Of a stretch of DNA of 64,000 nucleotides, positions 1 to 13,711 are shown one piece after another (the stretch's first letter is position 1; each line of letters opens with the position of its first letter). The stretch is taken from NCBI RefSeq assembly GCF_004010195.1, contig NC_057720.1:16787657-16851656 (forward strand), in the 5' to 3' direction. Position numbers and translations under genes: made by a program. Origin of the DNA: Chiloscyllium plagiosum (lineage: Eukaryota). The notes beneath the pieces are model-generated. The model was not told the origin of the DNA, did no database searches, and saw only the letters and a list, made by a program, of their open reading frames with translations.

Positions 1-855
1 GTCATCTGCAAACTTACTAACTGTACCTCTTATGCTCGCATCCAAATCATTTATGTAAATGACAAAAAGTAGAGGGCCCAGCACCGATCCTTGTGGCACT
101 CCACTGGTCACAGGCCTCCAGTCTGAAAAACAACCTTCCACCACCACTCTCTGTCTTCTACCTTTGAGCCAGTTCTGTTTCCAAATGGCTAGTTCTTCGT
201 GTATTCCATGAGATCTGACCTTGCTAATCAGTCTCCCATGGGGAACCTTGTCGAACGCCTTACTGAAGTCCATAAAGGTCACATCTACTGCTTTGCCCTC
301 ATCAATCCTCTTTGTTGCTTCTTCAAAAAACTCAGTCAAGTTTGTGAGACATGATTTCCCATGCACAAATCCATTTTGACTATCCCTAATCAGTCCTTGC
401 CTTTCCAAATACATGTACATCCTGTCCCTCAGGATTCCCTCCAACAACTTGCCCACCACCGAGGTCAGACTCACTGGTCTGTAGTTCCCTGGCTTGTCTT
501 TACCACCCTTCTTAAACAGTGGCACCACATTTGCCAACCTCCAGTCTTCCAGCACCTCACCTGTGACTATCAATGATACAAACATCTCAGCAAGAGGCCC
601 GGCAATCACTTCTCTAGCTTCCCACAAAGTTCTCGGGTACATCTGATCAGGTCCTGGGGATTTATCCACTTTTAACCATTTCAAGACATCCAGCACTTCC
701 TCCTCTTGCATTTTGCAAGATGTCACCATCTATTTCCCTGCAGTCTATATCTTCCATATCCTTTTCCACAGTAAATACTGATGCAAAATATTCATTTAGT
801 ATCTCCCCCATTTTCTGTGGCTCAACATAAAGGCCACCTTGCTGATTTTTGAGGG

Positions 856-1045
856 GGAGAAAGTGAGGACTGCAGATGCTGGAGATCAGAGCTGAAAAAT
901 GTGTTGCTGGAAATGCGCAGCAGGTCAGGCTGCATCCAAGGAGCAGGAGAATCTACGTTTCGGGCATAAGCCCAGATTTCTGAAGACGGGCTTATGCCAG
1001 AAACGTCGATTCCCCTGCTCCTTGGATGCTGCCTGACCTGCTGTG
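856..1045. mobile_element. Penelope-derived inverted-repeat mini-element with a degenerate hammerhead motif (core 980-1007)
   Basis: Same terminal sequence as 13712-13934; CTGAAGA...GAAACGTC; imperfect flanking duplication tgatttttgag/tgatcattgag. Confidence 0.8.
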
Positions 1046-2202
1046 ATCATTGAGAGGCCTTATTCTCTCCTTGGTTACCCTTTTGTCCTTATTATGTTTG
1101 TAAAAAACCTTTGGATTCTCCTTAATTCTATTTGCCAAAGCTATCTCATGTCCCCGTTTTGCCCTCCTGATTTCCCTCTTAAGTATACTCCTACTTTCTT
1201 TGTACTCTTCTAAGGATTCACTCGATCTATCCTGTCTATACCTGACATATGCTTCCTTCTTTTTCTTAACCAAACCCTCAATTTCTTTAGTCATCCAGCA
1301 TTCCCTATACCTACCAGCCTTCTCTTTCACCCTGATGGGAATATGCTTTCTCTGGATTCTTGTTGTCTCATTTCTGAGGGCTTCCCAATTTCCAGCCGTC
1401 CCTTTACCTGCGAACATCTGCCTCCAATCAGCTTTCGAAAGTTCTTTCCTAATACCTTCAAAATTGGCCTTTCACCGATTTAGAACTTCAACTTTTAGAT
1501 CTGGTCTACCCTTTTCTATCACTATTTTAAAACGAATAGAATTATGGTCGCCAGCCCCAAAGTTCTCCCCCACTGACACCTCAGTCACCTGCCCTGCCTT
1601 ATTTCCCAAGAGTAGGTCAAGTTTTGCACCTTCTCTAGTAGGTATATCCACATACTGAATCAAAAAATTGTCTTGTACACACTTAAGAAATTCCTCTCCA
1701 TCTAAACCTTTAACACTATGGCAATCCCAGTTGATGTTTGGAAAGTTAAAATGCCCTACCATAACTATCCTATTATTCTTACAGATAGCTGAGATCTCCT
1801 TACAAGTTTGTTTCTCAATTTCCCTCTGACTATTCAGGGGTCAATAATACAATTCCAATAAGGTGATCATCCCTTTCTTATTTCTCAGTTCCACCCAAAT
1901 AACTTCCCTGGATGTATTTCTGGGAATATCCTCCCTCAGCACAACTGTAATGCTATCCCTTATCAAAACCGCCAGTCCCCCTCCTCTCTTGCCTCCCTTT
2001 CTATCCTTCCCGTAGTATTTGTATCCTGGAACATTAAGCCCCAGTCCTGCACATTCCTGAGCCATGTTTCCGTAATTGCTATGATATCCCAGTCCCATGT
2101 TCCTAACCATGCCCTGAGTTCATCTGCCTTCCCTGTTAGGCCCCTTGCATTGAAATAAATGCAGTTTAATTTATTAGTCCTACCTTGTCCCTACCTGCCC
2201 TG

Positions 2203-2401
2203 NNNNNNNNNNNNNNNNNNNNNNNNNNNNNNNNNNNNNNNNNNNNNNNNNNNNNNNNNNNNNNNNNNNNNNNNNNNNNNNNNNNNNNNNNNNNNNNNNN
2301 NNNNNNNNNNNNNNNNNNNNNNNNNNNNNNNNNNNNNNNNNNNNNNNNNNNNNNNNNNNNNNNNNNNNNNNNNNNNNNNNNNNNNNNNNNNNNNNNNNNN
2401 N
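2203..2401. other. Assembly gap (199 N)
   Basis: Run of N. Confidence 1.
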
Positions 2402-3192
2402 CCTCAGACTACAGAATCCCCTAACACAATTGATCTTTTGGAAGCCAACGTACCCTTCGTTGCATTAGAGCCAGTCTCAATACCAGAAACCTGACTGTTC
2501 ATGCTACGTTCCCCTGAGAATCCATCACCCCCTACGTTTTCCAAAACAGCATACCTGTTTGAAATGGGTATATCCACAAAAGACTCCTGCACTAGCTGCC
2601 TACTGCTCTTACCCTTCCTGGAGTTAACCCCTCTATGTGACTGTATCTGAGACTTCCCCCCTTCCTATAACTGCCATCCATCACATACTGTTGCTGTTTC
2701 AAATTCCTCATCGCTTCTATCTGTCTCTCCAACCGATCAACTCGATCTGATAAGATTCGCATCCAACAGCATTTATGGCAGATATCATCCGCAGTAACCT
2801 TTAAACTCTCTTTAAACTCCCACATCTAACAAGAAGTACATATCCCTGCAAAGGCCATTTTTGCTCCTTCACAATCTACAGACCCAGAAAATAACACCGT
2901 CTTATTCCTCTACAAAAACTGCCCCGGATTAAATTAATAGCTATGACTTTTATTTTAAGTTTAATCAAGAGACTTATCTCCAAAAACATATAATCAAGAA
3001 AGAACCCACTAATGCATCCTTTCTCTTGGACAGACTTAAAACAACAATTAACTTATCTGATTCTGTACTGTGAACTTCACCCAACAGTTCCTCCAAGATT
3101 AGTTGTGAAATTCACTGTTTGTTAATTTTCCCAGATGCACTCCGATGTCCAGCGATACTTGAATTCAAACACCAAAGGCGGTAACTGTGCAG

Positions 3193-3194
<2 letters not shown>

Positions 3195-3224
<30 letters not shown>
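3195..3224. repeat. (TC)n microsatellite in the CR1 5' region
   Basis: Direct reading. Confidence 0.95.
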
Positions 3225-3226
<2 letters not shown>

Positions 3227-4794
3227 GCACTGTCCTCACCTTTGTCTGCTCTTCTCCCTTTTAAACTGCTGTTGTTTTGACTTTTTTCCCCCAAAGTTTT
3301 TGGGAAAGGAAACGTTCCCTGATGGTATATTATTCTAACAAGGTCACAATCCTGCCTGCACCTTGACCATCCATGGCAAAGCAACTGAAGTCTTGCCCTA
3401 CCAAATCCAGGGCTGCCAGGCTTGGAAGTCTCCCAGCAGCGCACATATTCCGGATCAACACCCTTCCAAAAATGGACTACTTCCTCCGGTGGGTTATCAT
3501 TCTAATGGGATCACGACCCTGCCTGCACCCTGTCCTAGGATGGGATGCAATGACTCTATGACTATGACACCTGTCCTATATGTGACTCCAAATTTACAGC
3601 AGTTTAGTGAACTCGTAACTGCCCCCTGAAAGGACCTAATAAACCCAGATAAAGAACCCAGTCAATTTTTCACCTGTTAAGTTAAAAGAAAGAAAGTTGT
3701 ACAGATCCCTTTCCAGATGTATCCTCTGATCCACAAATAGTAAATTTGTATTTAGGCTTAGGCCATTCAGTGTACTTGCGTAGAGATTCAGGACAATCTT
3801 CCGTTATTCCCGTAGAGTAAGTTTGAGATGAAAGTAGTTTATATTGATTCTAGCTCCATCGAAATAAGAGAGGAAAGTCATAGAAGCAATGACAAAGTGA
3901 TGTCAGTAAATATATATTATTAAAACGCCAAGAGAAACTGCAATTGAAAAATTGATTAGAATTGAGCGGTAAAAGGGATTCCCTACCAGCTGTCAAGAAC
4001 AAAGTTTCAACGTAATGCTTACTAAGTTATTAAAGTATAATCTTAAAAGGAAGAATGATTATGGTGCCTTTAAGTTCAGGTTTTAAAATAGACAAACTAT
4101 TACAAGAAGGAAATACAATATTTAATATTATGTTTGAATAGAGGGTTGAGTTGAATGTGCCAATTTGAACATACTTTGTACACACACAGCCCAGATCTTC
4201 GTTTTCAGATACTTGGAGACCAGATATGCAGCCAGAGATGTATGTCAGGGCTCAGTGCACTGACTGTTAACGCTTAAATTGTTTTGGCTTACTTACCTCG
4301 ATAGTTACATAGGAAATATCCAAGTTTAACTCCTGGGTAACTATTTACCCCCCTCCTTGCCCCTCACCACAATCTTACCCCCTTGACCAATCACCCAACC
4401 ACCTGAATTATACCATGATACACCCCCAATCCAATTAGACTCCATCATAAGGTTGTAACTCCTGAAGACCCTGCCCCTGGCCCAGTGTGGCTCAGCCCAA
4501 TTACCTCACTGGCCCCAACCCTTTGAGTGCCCCACTGAAGCAACTTGATTAGCCCTAAACTGATGATATCACTCAACTTAAGAGTCTAACAGCACAGAAC
4601 AAGCCCTTGATATTGCTTGACCCTAGCACCCATCTTGCCCACTTGCCATCCTGCCCAGCTGCCACCTTACCCACATACTTCATTCAACTTACTGCCTAAC
4701 TCACTTCTTTCACCTGCCCTATTGACTTATAAATTATATGTTCACCCGTTCAATCAATCATTCATTAATTCACAACTGCTTTGAAAAGGTGTTT

Positions 4795-6497
4795 TAAAAG
4801 CAGTTTTTTGCTTCTGTCTTTACTAAAGAAAAGGACCTTGTAGTGAATGAAACCATTGAGGAGCAGGTAGGTATGCTGGAACAGATAGAGATTGAAGAAG
4901 CTAATGTGCTGAAAATTTTGACAAACATTAAGATCGACAAGTTGCCAGGGCCAGACCAGATTTGTCCTCGGCTGCTTTGGGAAGCGAGAAATGCGATTGC
5001 TTCGACGCTAGTAAAGATCTTTGCATCCTCGCTCTCCACCAGAGTCGAACCTGAGGACTGGAGGGAGGCAAATGTAATTCCTCTCTTCAAGAAAGGAAAT
5101 AGGGAAATCCCCGGCAATTACAGACCAGTCAGTCTCACGTCTGTCGCCTGCAAGATGTTAGAAAGGATTCTGAGGGATAGGATTTATGACCATCTGGAAG
5201 AGCATGGCTTGATTAAAGGCAGTCAGCACGACTTTGTGAGGGGCAGGTCATGCCTCACGAATCTTATTGAGATCTTTGAGGATGTTACTAGACAAGTTGA
5301 TGAGGGTCGAGTGGTGGATGTGGAGTATATGGACTTCAATAAGGCATTTGATAAGGTTCCCCATGGTAGGCTCATTCAGAAGGCCAGAAAGAATGGGATA
5401 CAGGGAAATGTAGCTGTCTGGATACAGATTTGACTGGTCGACAGAAGACAGCGAGTGGTAGTGGAAGGAAAGTATTCTGCCTGGAAGTCAGTGGTGAGTG
5501 GTGTTCCACAGGGCTCTGTTCTTCGGCCTCTACTCTTTGCAATTTTTATTAATGACTTGGATGAGGAGATTGAAGGATGGGTTAGCAAGTTTGCAGATGA
5601 CACAAAGGTTGGAGGTGTCGTTGACAGTATAGAGGACTGTTGTAGGCTGCAGCGTGACATTGACAGGATGCAGAGATAGGCTGAGAGGTGGCAGATGGAG
5701 TTCAACCTGGATAAATGCGAGGTGATGCATTTTGGAAGGTCGAACTTGAAAGTTGAGTACAGGATTAAAGACAGGATTCTTGGCAGTGTGGAGGAACAGC
5801 GAGATCTTGCTGTGCAGGTACATAGATCCCTTAAAATTGCCACCCAGGTGGACAGGGTTGTTAAAAAAGCATATGGTGTTTTGGCTTTCATTAACAGGGG
5901 GATTGAGTTTAAGAGCCGTGAGATCTTGTTGCAGCTCTATAAAACTTTGGTTACACCGCACTTGGAATACTGTGTCCAGTTATGGTCGCCCTATTATAGG
6001 AAAGATGTGGATGCTTTGGAGAGGGTTCAGAGGAGGTTTACCAGGATGCTGCCTGGAATGGAGGGCTTATCTTACAAAGAGAGGTTGACTGAGCTCGGAC
6101 TTTTTTCATTGGAAAAATGAAAAAATAGAGGGGACCTAATTGAGGTGTACAAGATATTGAGAGGCATAGATAGAGCTGATAGCCAGAGACTTTTTCCCAG
6201 GGCAGAAATGGCTAACACGAGGGGTCATAGTTTTAAGCTGTTTGGCGGAAAGTATAGAGGGGATGTCAGAGGTGGGTTCTTTACGCAGAGAGTTGTGAGA
6301 GCATGGAATGCGTTGCCAGCAGCAGTTGTGAAAGCGAGGTCATTGAGGATATTTAAGAGACTGCTGGACATGCATATGGTCACAGAAATTTGAGGGTTCG
6401 TACATTAGGTTTACTTTACATGAGGATCAATGGTCGGCACAACATCGTGGGCTGAAGAGCCTGTTCTGTGCTGTACTGTTCTGTGTTCTATGTTCTA
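4795..6497 (+). mobile_element. 5'-truncated CR1 LINE (RT, with stop codons)
   Basis: [22 protein letters not shown] and KFADDTK motifs; 3' tail tgttctatgttcta. Confidence 0.95.
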
Positions 6498-6849
6498 AAA
6501 TCCCAAAGCTTTACAGTGTGTTAGTGAGTATACAGCAGTTAATACCGTAAAAAGCAGGCATGGCTTGTTTTCGCTTCATGATCCAAAGCTAAAAGAAGAA
6601 CTTTGATTTAAAGTTCTTTACATTTAGCTAAGACTGGAAGTCACAGCTTGAAAAGCAGAACTCATTCATAATGAGAAAAAGTAGCAGCAGAGTGGCAATC
6701 TGACAATAACTGATGTTTCTGAGAAGATTTGGGCCATGGTTGTTACTGCCTGTGTACTGCTTTGTGTAAAATAGTCCCCAACTTCCAATTTTTTTGGAAA
6801 ATTAAAATAATTTATTGTTAGCTTACTTCTTGTGTAAAATCAGATACTA

Positions 6850-7641
6850 ATGCAGACCTGGGCTGAGAGGTGGCAAATGGAATTTAATGCGGAAAAGTGT
6901 GAGATGATTCACTTTAGAAGGAGTAACAGAGTACTGGACTAATAGTAAGAGTCTTGGTATTGTAGATGAACAGAGAGATCTTGGTGTCCATGTACATAGA
7001 TAGTTGAAAGTTCCCACTCAGGTTGATAGGGTTGTTAAGAAGGCGCACATGTGTTAGCTTTTATTGGTAGAGGCATTGAGTTTTGGAACCATGAGGTCAT
7101 GCTGCAGCTATACAAAACTCTGGTGCGGCTGCACTTGGAGTAGTGCGTACAGTTCTGGTCACCGCTTTATAGGAAAGATGTGGAAGTCTTGGAAAGGGTT
7201 CAGAGGAGATTAACTGGGATGTTTCCTGGTTTGGAGGGAAGGTCTTAGGAAGAAAGGCTGACGGACCTGAGGCTGTTTTCGTTAGGCAGAAGAAGTTTGA
7301 GTGGTGACTTAATCAGAGGGTTAGATCGGGTGGACAGTGAGAGCCTTTTTCCTCAGATGGTGATGGCTAGCATGAGGGTACATAGCTTTAAATTGAGGGA
7401 TGATAGATATAGGACAGATGCCAGAGGTAGTTTCTTTACTCAAAGAGTAGTAGGGGCGTGGAACGCACTGCCTGCAACAGAAGTCGGTTCGCCAAATTTA
7501 AAGGCATTTGAATAGTCATTGGATAGGCATATGGATGAGAATGGAATAGTCTAGGTTAGAGGGGCTGCAGATTTGTTTCACTGGTCATCGAGGGCCAAAA
7601 GGCCAATACTGCGCTGTAATGTTTATGTTCTTCTATGTTCT
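6850..7641 (+). mobile_element. CR1 3' fragment
   Basis: WAERWQMEFN through FFTQRVVGAWN; ctatgttcta tail. Confidence 0.9.
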
Positions 7642-7744
7642 ATACCTACTTGTTTTCCACCATTTTAAGAATAATGTAGTTCTGCAATTAATGAATATTC
7701 AAATAGCAACGCTTTAACATTGTTATTTGATTGAAATTCAGAGA

Positions 7745-8250
7745 AATAGGATGAGAAGTGGCTACTCAGCCCCTCTAGTCTGCACCACCATTTAATAAGA
7801 TCATGGCCAATTGGATGATTGTCTCAACTCATTTTACCTGTGTAAGATATTCAGTGATCCAGCTTGACTGCTTACTGGAGCAAAGAATTCTTAAGATCCA
7901 CACCTCCTTGAGAATAAATTATTCTCATCTATTTTTAAATGAGACACCCTTTATCCTGAAACTGTGCTTCAAGTTCAAAATTCCCCCACAAGTGAACATC
8001 CTCACAGCATCCAATTTGTCAAACAGCTGTCACAATTTTGCATATTTCAGTAAGATTAACTCTCATTTCTTAAAAGAATATGGGCCAATTTGCTCAGCCT
8101 TTCCTCATAAGACAACCTTTCATTCGAGGAGTCAACCTGATGAATGTTATCTGGACTTGCTGTAATGCAAGAAAACCCCTGCTTAACAAGGGTACCAAAT
8201 TGTATACAAAATTTTAAGTGTTGTCTCACCAATATCCTGTATAGTACAGT
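7745..8250 (-). mobile_element. Old CR1-type 3' fragment
   Basis: Degenerate match to the 3' end seen at 35069-35830. Confidence 0.6.
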
Positions 8251-9704
8251 TGTTGATAAACGTCTCTAATTTAACATTAGTATTGCCAAAAATGATACAT
8301 GCTGTTGGAGCTCTTCAAATACAGATGCAATATGTCAAATTTCAAAGGGAGCAACAATTTATGCTGAGTGAGAAAAGGGTGTTAATTGGCTTGCAAGTTT
8401 ACTCTGAGTGAGGCATTCCAATTAAGAATGGACCCTGTGCATTTTTTAATTTTAAAAAGTGCAATGCCTGGACATTTTCTTTTTTCCTGCTAAGAATGGG
8501 TCACTGCATATGAATATGGTCAGCATGAACCACATTGCAAATGTGACAGAAACTTCTAAATTATTTGTTAGTGTAATTCTGAACACACTCTGAATTGTTG
8601 AGCAAGTGCTAATTTGCATTACAATAGGATGGTTCAACCAGTTGAGGAAGGAGAATCTGTTCTCCTGTTTTTGATCTCCTTTCTGTCGGCTGCAATGAAT
8701 ATTTTTAATTTTTAGCACAAAGCTAGCGCATTTCAATTTAAACATAGTTTGTTAGAAATGGAAGGAACCAATTATGAAGATTTTCTTGTATGACAGAAAG
8801 AGAAATTTTATTAACCACTAACCTGAAGAAAAATTATAAGAACATGACATCAAGAGCAGATAATAAGTTTAAAGAAAAGAGTGACAGATATAGACAGGGA
8901 GGATTAAGGCTACATAATTCAAAAGTCTTTATAATCTTTGAGTTGTTAGGTTTTAAACCTGAGGCCATAGTTAGTTAATTATTGACCTGTACCACAGAAA
9001 GAAGAACAAAAAACATAGGAGTTGATGCCTGGAAAGAACAGCCATGATTTTGTAGAATGGCGGCACAGAATTGAGCTGAATAGTTAAGTCCTATTCCTGT
9101 TTCTTATGGTCATAGCAGGAGCAGAATCTGAAGTATCTTTGAGTTCTTAGTAAATGCGTGTTTCCCAATTTGGGTTTTCATTGGTGCTGTATTCTGAGAT
9201 GATGAGAGAAGCAGGAAAGGAGAGTGAGTTTTCAAGTACATATTGTCACATTTTTTTACTGCTGTGTTGCTCAAAAACAGCTATTGAAATATGGTTTACT
9301 GTGTATTCCAGAGTCAAGATCCATAGGTTTTCCAAGCTACTTAACTGGCAAGTGAACCTTTCACCTCCTAACATATAAAGTTATGATACATTTGTGAATT
9401 AAACAGGAGTTGTAAATTTTTTGATGCTGACTTAGCCTAGTTTTGATGTCTTGCAATAAAAAAAGACAATTTGAATGCTGGTGGTTTTGCTTATTCCACA
9501 CAAGTCTCATGAAGTTTAATCCATTTAAGTCCACTTTCTTCCTTTTTAAAACCATGAAAGTCCTTTACAGGTCTTGGGTATAACAATCTAATGATGGCAG
9601 TTAAGATTAGATAGTCTATATATAGTCTTATATAATGGGGGAAATATATTTCCTGATTCAGTCTCCATAGCAACACTTGACTAATCAGTCGACCGATTAG
9701 TCGA

Positions 9705-12286
9705 CTGCGCCCATACCTCCACCCTTCCCTCCTATCAAGGCCCCAAAGGACCCTTTCACATTCATCAAAGTTTCACCTGCACTTCCACATATGTCATTTA
9801 TTGTATCCATCGCTCCCGATGCGGTCTCCTCTGCATTGGGCAGACTGGATTCCTTCTCGCAGAGCGCTTTGGAGAACATCTCCGGGACACCTGCACCAAC
9901 CAACCCCACCACCCCGTGGTTGAACATTTCAATTCCCCCAACTTTTCCAGCAACACACTCTCACCCTCACAAAGTGCAGCCCTCCACTCCAACCCCAACC
10001 TCGCCATCAAACCAGCGGACAAAGGGGGTGCAGTGGTAGTTTGGTGCACTGTCCTCTACACCGCTGAAGCCAGGCGCCAACTCAAACACACCTATTCCTA
10101 CTGCACCCCCCAACATGACCTCACACCCCATCACCAAACCATCATCTCCCAGACCATACACAATCTCATCACCTCAGACAATCTCCCACCCACAGCTTCC
10201 AACCTCATCGTTTGGGAACCCCGCACTGCCTGATTCTACCTCCTACCCAAGATCCACAAGCCTGACTACCCTGGCCAATGTATTGTCTCAGCCTGCTCCT
10301 GGCCCACCAACCTCACCTCCACCTAACTCGATACTGTCCTGTCCTCCCAGTCCAGGAACTCCCCATATACATTTGGGACACCACCACACCCTCCACCTCC
10401 ACCAAGACTTCCGTTTCCCCGGCCCCCAATGCCTCATCTTCACCATGGACATCCAGTCCCTCTACACCACTATCCCCCATGACCACGGCCTCCAAACCCT
10501 CCGTTTCTTCCTCTACCAATGTCCCCACCAGTACCCTTCCACTGACACCCTTATTCGTTTGACTGACCTGCTCCTCACCCTCAACAATTTCTCCTTCCAA
10601 TCCTCCCACTTCCTCCAGACAAAAGGAGTAGCCAGGGGCACCCGCATAGGTCCCAGCTATACCTGTCTTTTTGTCATCTACGTAGAACAGCCCATCTTCG
10701 GGAGTTACACCGGCACCACTCCCCTACATTCCTCCGCTACATTGGCGCCACCTTGTGCTCCCACGAGGAGGTCGAACAGTTCATCAACTTCACCAACACA
10801 TTCCACACCGAGCTTAAATTTAGCTGGACCATCTTTGACACCTCCCTCCCCTTCCTAGACCTCTCCATCTCCATCCATGAGGACCAACCTAACATTGACA
10901 TTTTTTACAAACCCACCGACTCCCACAGCTACCTGGATTATACCTCCTCCCACCCTACCTCCTAAAAAAATGCTATCCCGTATGCCCAATTGCTCCGCCT
11001 CCACCGCATCTGCTCCCAGGTGGACCAGTTCCACTCAGAACACACCAGATGGCCTCCTTCTTTAAAGACTGAAATTTCCCCTCCCACGTGGTTGAAGATG
11101 CCCTCCAACGCATCTCATCCACATTCTGCACCTCTGCACTTGAACCCTATCCTTCCAACCGCAACAAGGAAAGAACACCCCGGTCCTCACCTTCCACCCC
11201 ACTAACCTCCGCATAAATCACATCATCGGCTGACATTTCCGCCACTTCAAATGGACCCCACCATCAGGGATATATTTCTCCCCCATCCCTATCCGCTTTC
11301 TGCAAAGACTGTTCCCTCCACGACCACCTGGTCAGGTCCACTCCCCCTAACAAGCCACAATCCCCTCCTGGCACCTCCCCCAGCCACCGCAGAAATTGTA
11401 AAACCTGCACCCACACCTCCCCCATTACCTCCGTCCAAGGCCCCAAAGGAACCTTCCAGATCCATCGAAGTTTCACCTGCACTTCCACGCATGTCATTTA
11501 TTGTATCCATTGCACCTAATGCAGTCTTCTCTACATTGGGCAGACTGGATGCCTTCTCGCAAAGGGCTTTAGAGAACATCTCCGGGACACCTGCACCAAC
11601 CAATCCCACTGACCCTTGGTTGAACATTTCAACATGTGGGCGGCACGGTGGCACAGTGGTTAGCACTGCTGCCTCACAGCGCCAGAGACCCGGTTCAATT
11701 CCCAACTCAGGCGACTGACTGTGTGGAGTTTGTACATTCTCCCCGTGTCTGCGTGGGTTTCCTCTGGGTGCTCCGGTTTCCTCCCACAGTCCAAAGATGT
11801 GCAGGTCAGGTGAATTGGCCATGCTAAATTGCCCGTAGTGTTAGGTAAAGGGGTAAATGTAGGGGAATGGGTGGGTTGCGCTTCGGCGGGTCGGTGTGGA
11901 TTTGTTGGGCCGAAGGGCCTGTTTCCACACTGTAATTAATCTAATCTAAAGCTTCCCCCTCCCGTTCTGCCAAGGATATGTGGGTTCTGGACCTCTTCCA
12001 TCGCCACTCCCTGACCACCCAACACCTGGAGGAAGAATGCCTTATCTTCCGCCTCGGAACCCTTCAACCCCAGGGCATCAATATGGACTTCACCAGTTTC
12101 CTCATTTCCCCTCTCCCCGCTTTACCCCAGTTCTAACCTTCCAGCTCAGGACAACCCTCATGACCTGTCTCACCTGTCAATCTTCCTTCCCACCTATCTG
12201 CTCCATCCTCCTCTCCGACCTCTACCTGCTGTGCTTTTCCAGCAACACACTCTCAACTCTGATCTCCAGAATCTGCAGACCTCACT
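9705..12286 (+). mobile_element. Decayed Penelope-like retroelement: partial GIY-YIG copy (9705-9935), RT (9940-11200), GIY-YIG (11405-11632) and a 3' pseudo-LTR end; interrupted by an HE1 SINE
   Basis: IKPADKGGAVVVW, PKIHK, FTMDIQSLYTTIPHD, FLQTKGVARGTRIGPSY, PFLDL...FYKPTDSHSYLDYTSSHP; VIYCI...LYIGQT...FREH; TSD ctaatcagtc(g/a)ac at 9681-9693 and 12292-12304. Confidence 0.92.
11638..11950 (+). mobile_element. HE1-type tRNA-derived shark SINE
   Basis: A box tggcacagtggt, B box ggttcaattcc, V-domain-like core, CR1-like 3' tail and (taatc)n end. Confidence 0.9.
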
Positions 12287-13711
12287 GACTCCTAATCAGT
12301 CAACTTGCCAATCAATCTTCACCTTTTTCTCATACAGTATAATTTAAACTAAATATAACCTTTAAACTATGATATTATTGTGTCAGTCCTAATGATATGA
12401 GACGAAAAGCTTCAACAGATTTGTGTCTCTTTTTCTCAGCAATACTCAAGTTCTATGCAGCCAAGTGACCATTGCTTAAACAGCATATGAACTGTAGAAA
12501 GGCTATTGGGCCTGTGGAGCTTGATCTATCATTCAATTATACCATGGCTGATCTAAATTTTAACTCCATTTACTATATGCTCCATGAACATCACAATAGA
12601 TTTCATATTTGATGCAATTCACTTTTAGGTGTTTGTACCTTTTGAACCAATTCCTGTGTTATGAGTCACCTATGAAAAATTAACATCTTTCAGCTACCAT
12701 AGAGCCGTACAGCACAGAAACAGGCCATTTGGCCCACCATGTCTATACCACCCAACAAACACCAAATTACACTAATTCAATTTTTCTGCACTTGGTGCAT
12801 TACCTGCTATGCCCTGACATTTTAAGTGCTCACACAGATGCTTCCGAAATATTATGAGATTACCTGCCTCCACACTCTCTCAGGCAACGTATTCATATGT
12901 GGGTGAAAAAGGTTTTTCTCAGATACCCTCTAAACTCTTAATCTTAATATGTGCCCTCTAGTCTTCGACATGTCTGCCATCGGGAAAAGATTCTCATGTT
13001 CTATGCCCCTCATTATTTTGTATCCCTCAATCAATTACCCCCTCAGCCTCCGCTGCTCCAAGGAAAACAAACCCAGCTTGTCCAGTCTCTCCCCATAAAC
13101 TAAATCTTTTCATCCCAGGCAACATTGTGGTGAATCTCCTCTGCACACTCTCTGGCCGAACCAACATTTTATAAAGTTGTAACAAGGATTATTTGCTCTT
13201 CCTTGCTGTAGCTAACAAAGGCAAGTATCTTGTGAATTCTTTGCCACTCTGTTGACCTATCCTGATGCCATGGACTTCTACACTAACATCCCTTTGTTCC
13301 TCAGTACTTCCTGGACACCTATCATTCATTGTGTATATCCTTCTCTTAGTAGAACTCCCAAAATGTGTCACCTCACTGTTATCAGAATTAAATTCAATTT
13401 GCCATTGCTCTGTCCAATTTATCAGCTAATCAATATCAGACTGTAACCTGAGACCATCCTCCTCACTATCAACACCACCAATTTTCATGTCATCTGCAAA
13501 TTTACTAATTATATTTTCCACATTCATCTCCAAGTTGTTAATGTACATAACAAACAGCAAGGGTCCCAGCGCCGATCCCTGTGATACACTAACAGTCACA
13601 AAATGAATCACAATAACAGTTCTCCACCATCACCCTTGCCTCCCATTTACAAGCAATTTTGAATCTATTTTGCCAACTTGCCTGGATCCCATGGGCTCTT
13701 ATTTTGGACCA

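Larger units (their letters stand above)
1..3290 (-). mobile_element. CR1 LINE with 5'UTR, ORF1 (zinc finger/esterase), APE endonuclease and N-terminal RT. It runs off the window start, is frameshifted, and contains a gap and a mini-element insertion.
   Basis: Minus-strand peptides CHKC..., VLGDSVV, VGHFNFPNINW, DHNSIRF; reverse complement of the VSKFADD codons at 1-21. Confidence 0.92.

Noticed and set aside
8738..8840. Minus-strand acceptor-like ttataatttttcttcag followed by a short open frame (LVVNKISLSVIQENLHNWFLPFLTNYV*)
   Set aside because: No recognisable protein and no partner exons; it is antisense within an HFM1 intron and compatible with chance in AT-rich DNA
11638..11710. tRNA gene-like A and B boxes (also at 14460, 38260, 46810, 60800)
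   Set aside because: These are SINE heads followed by SINE bodies, not cloverleaf tRNA genes
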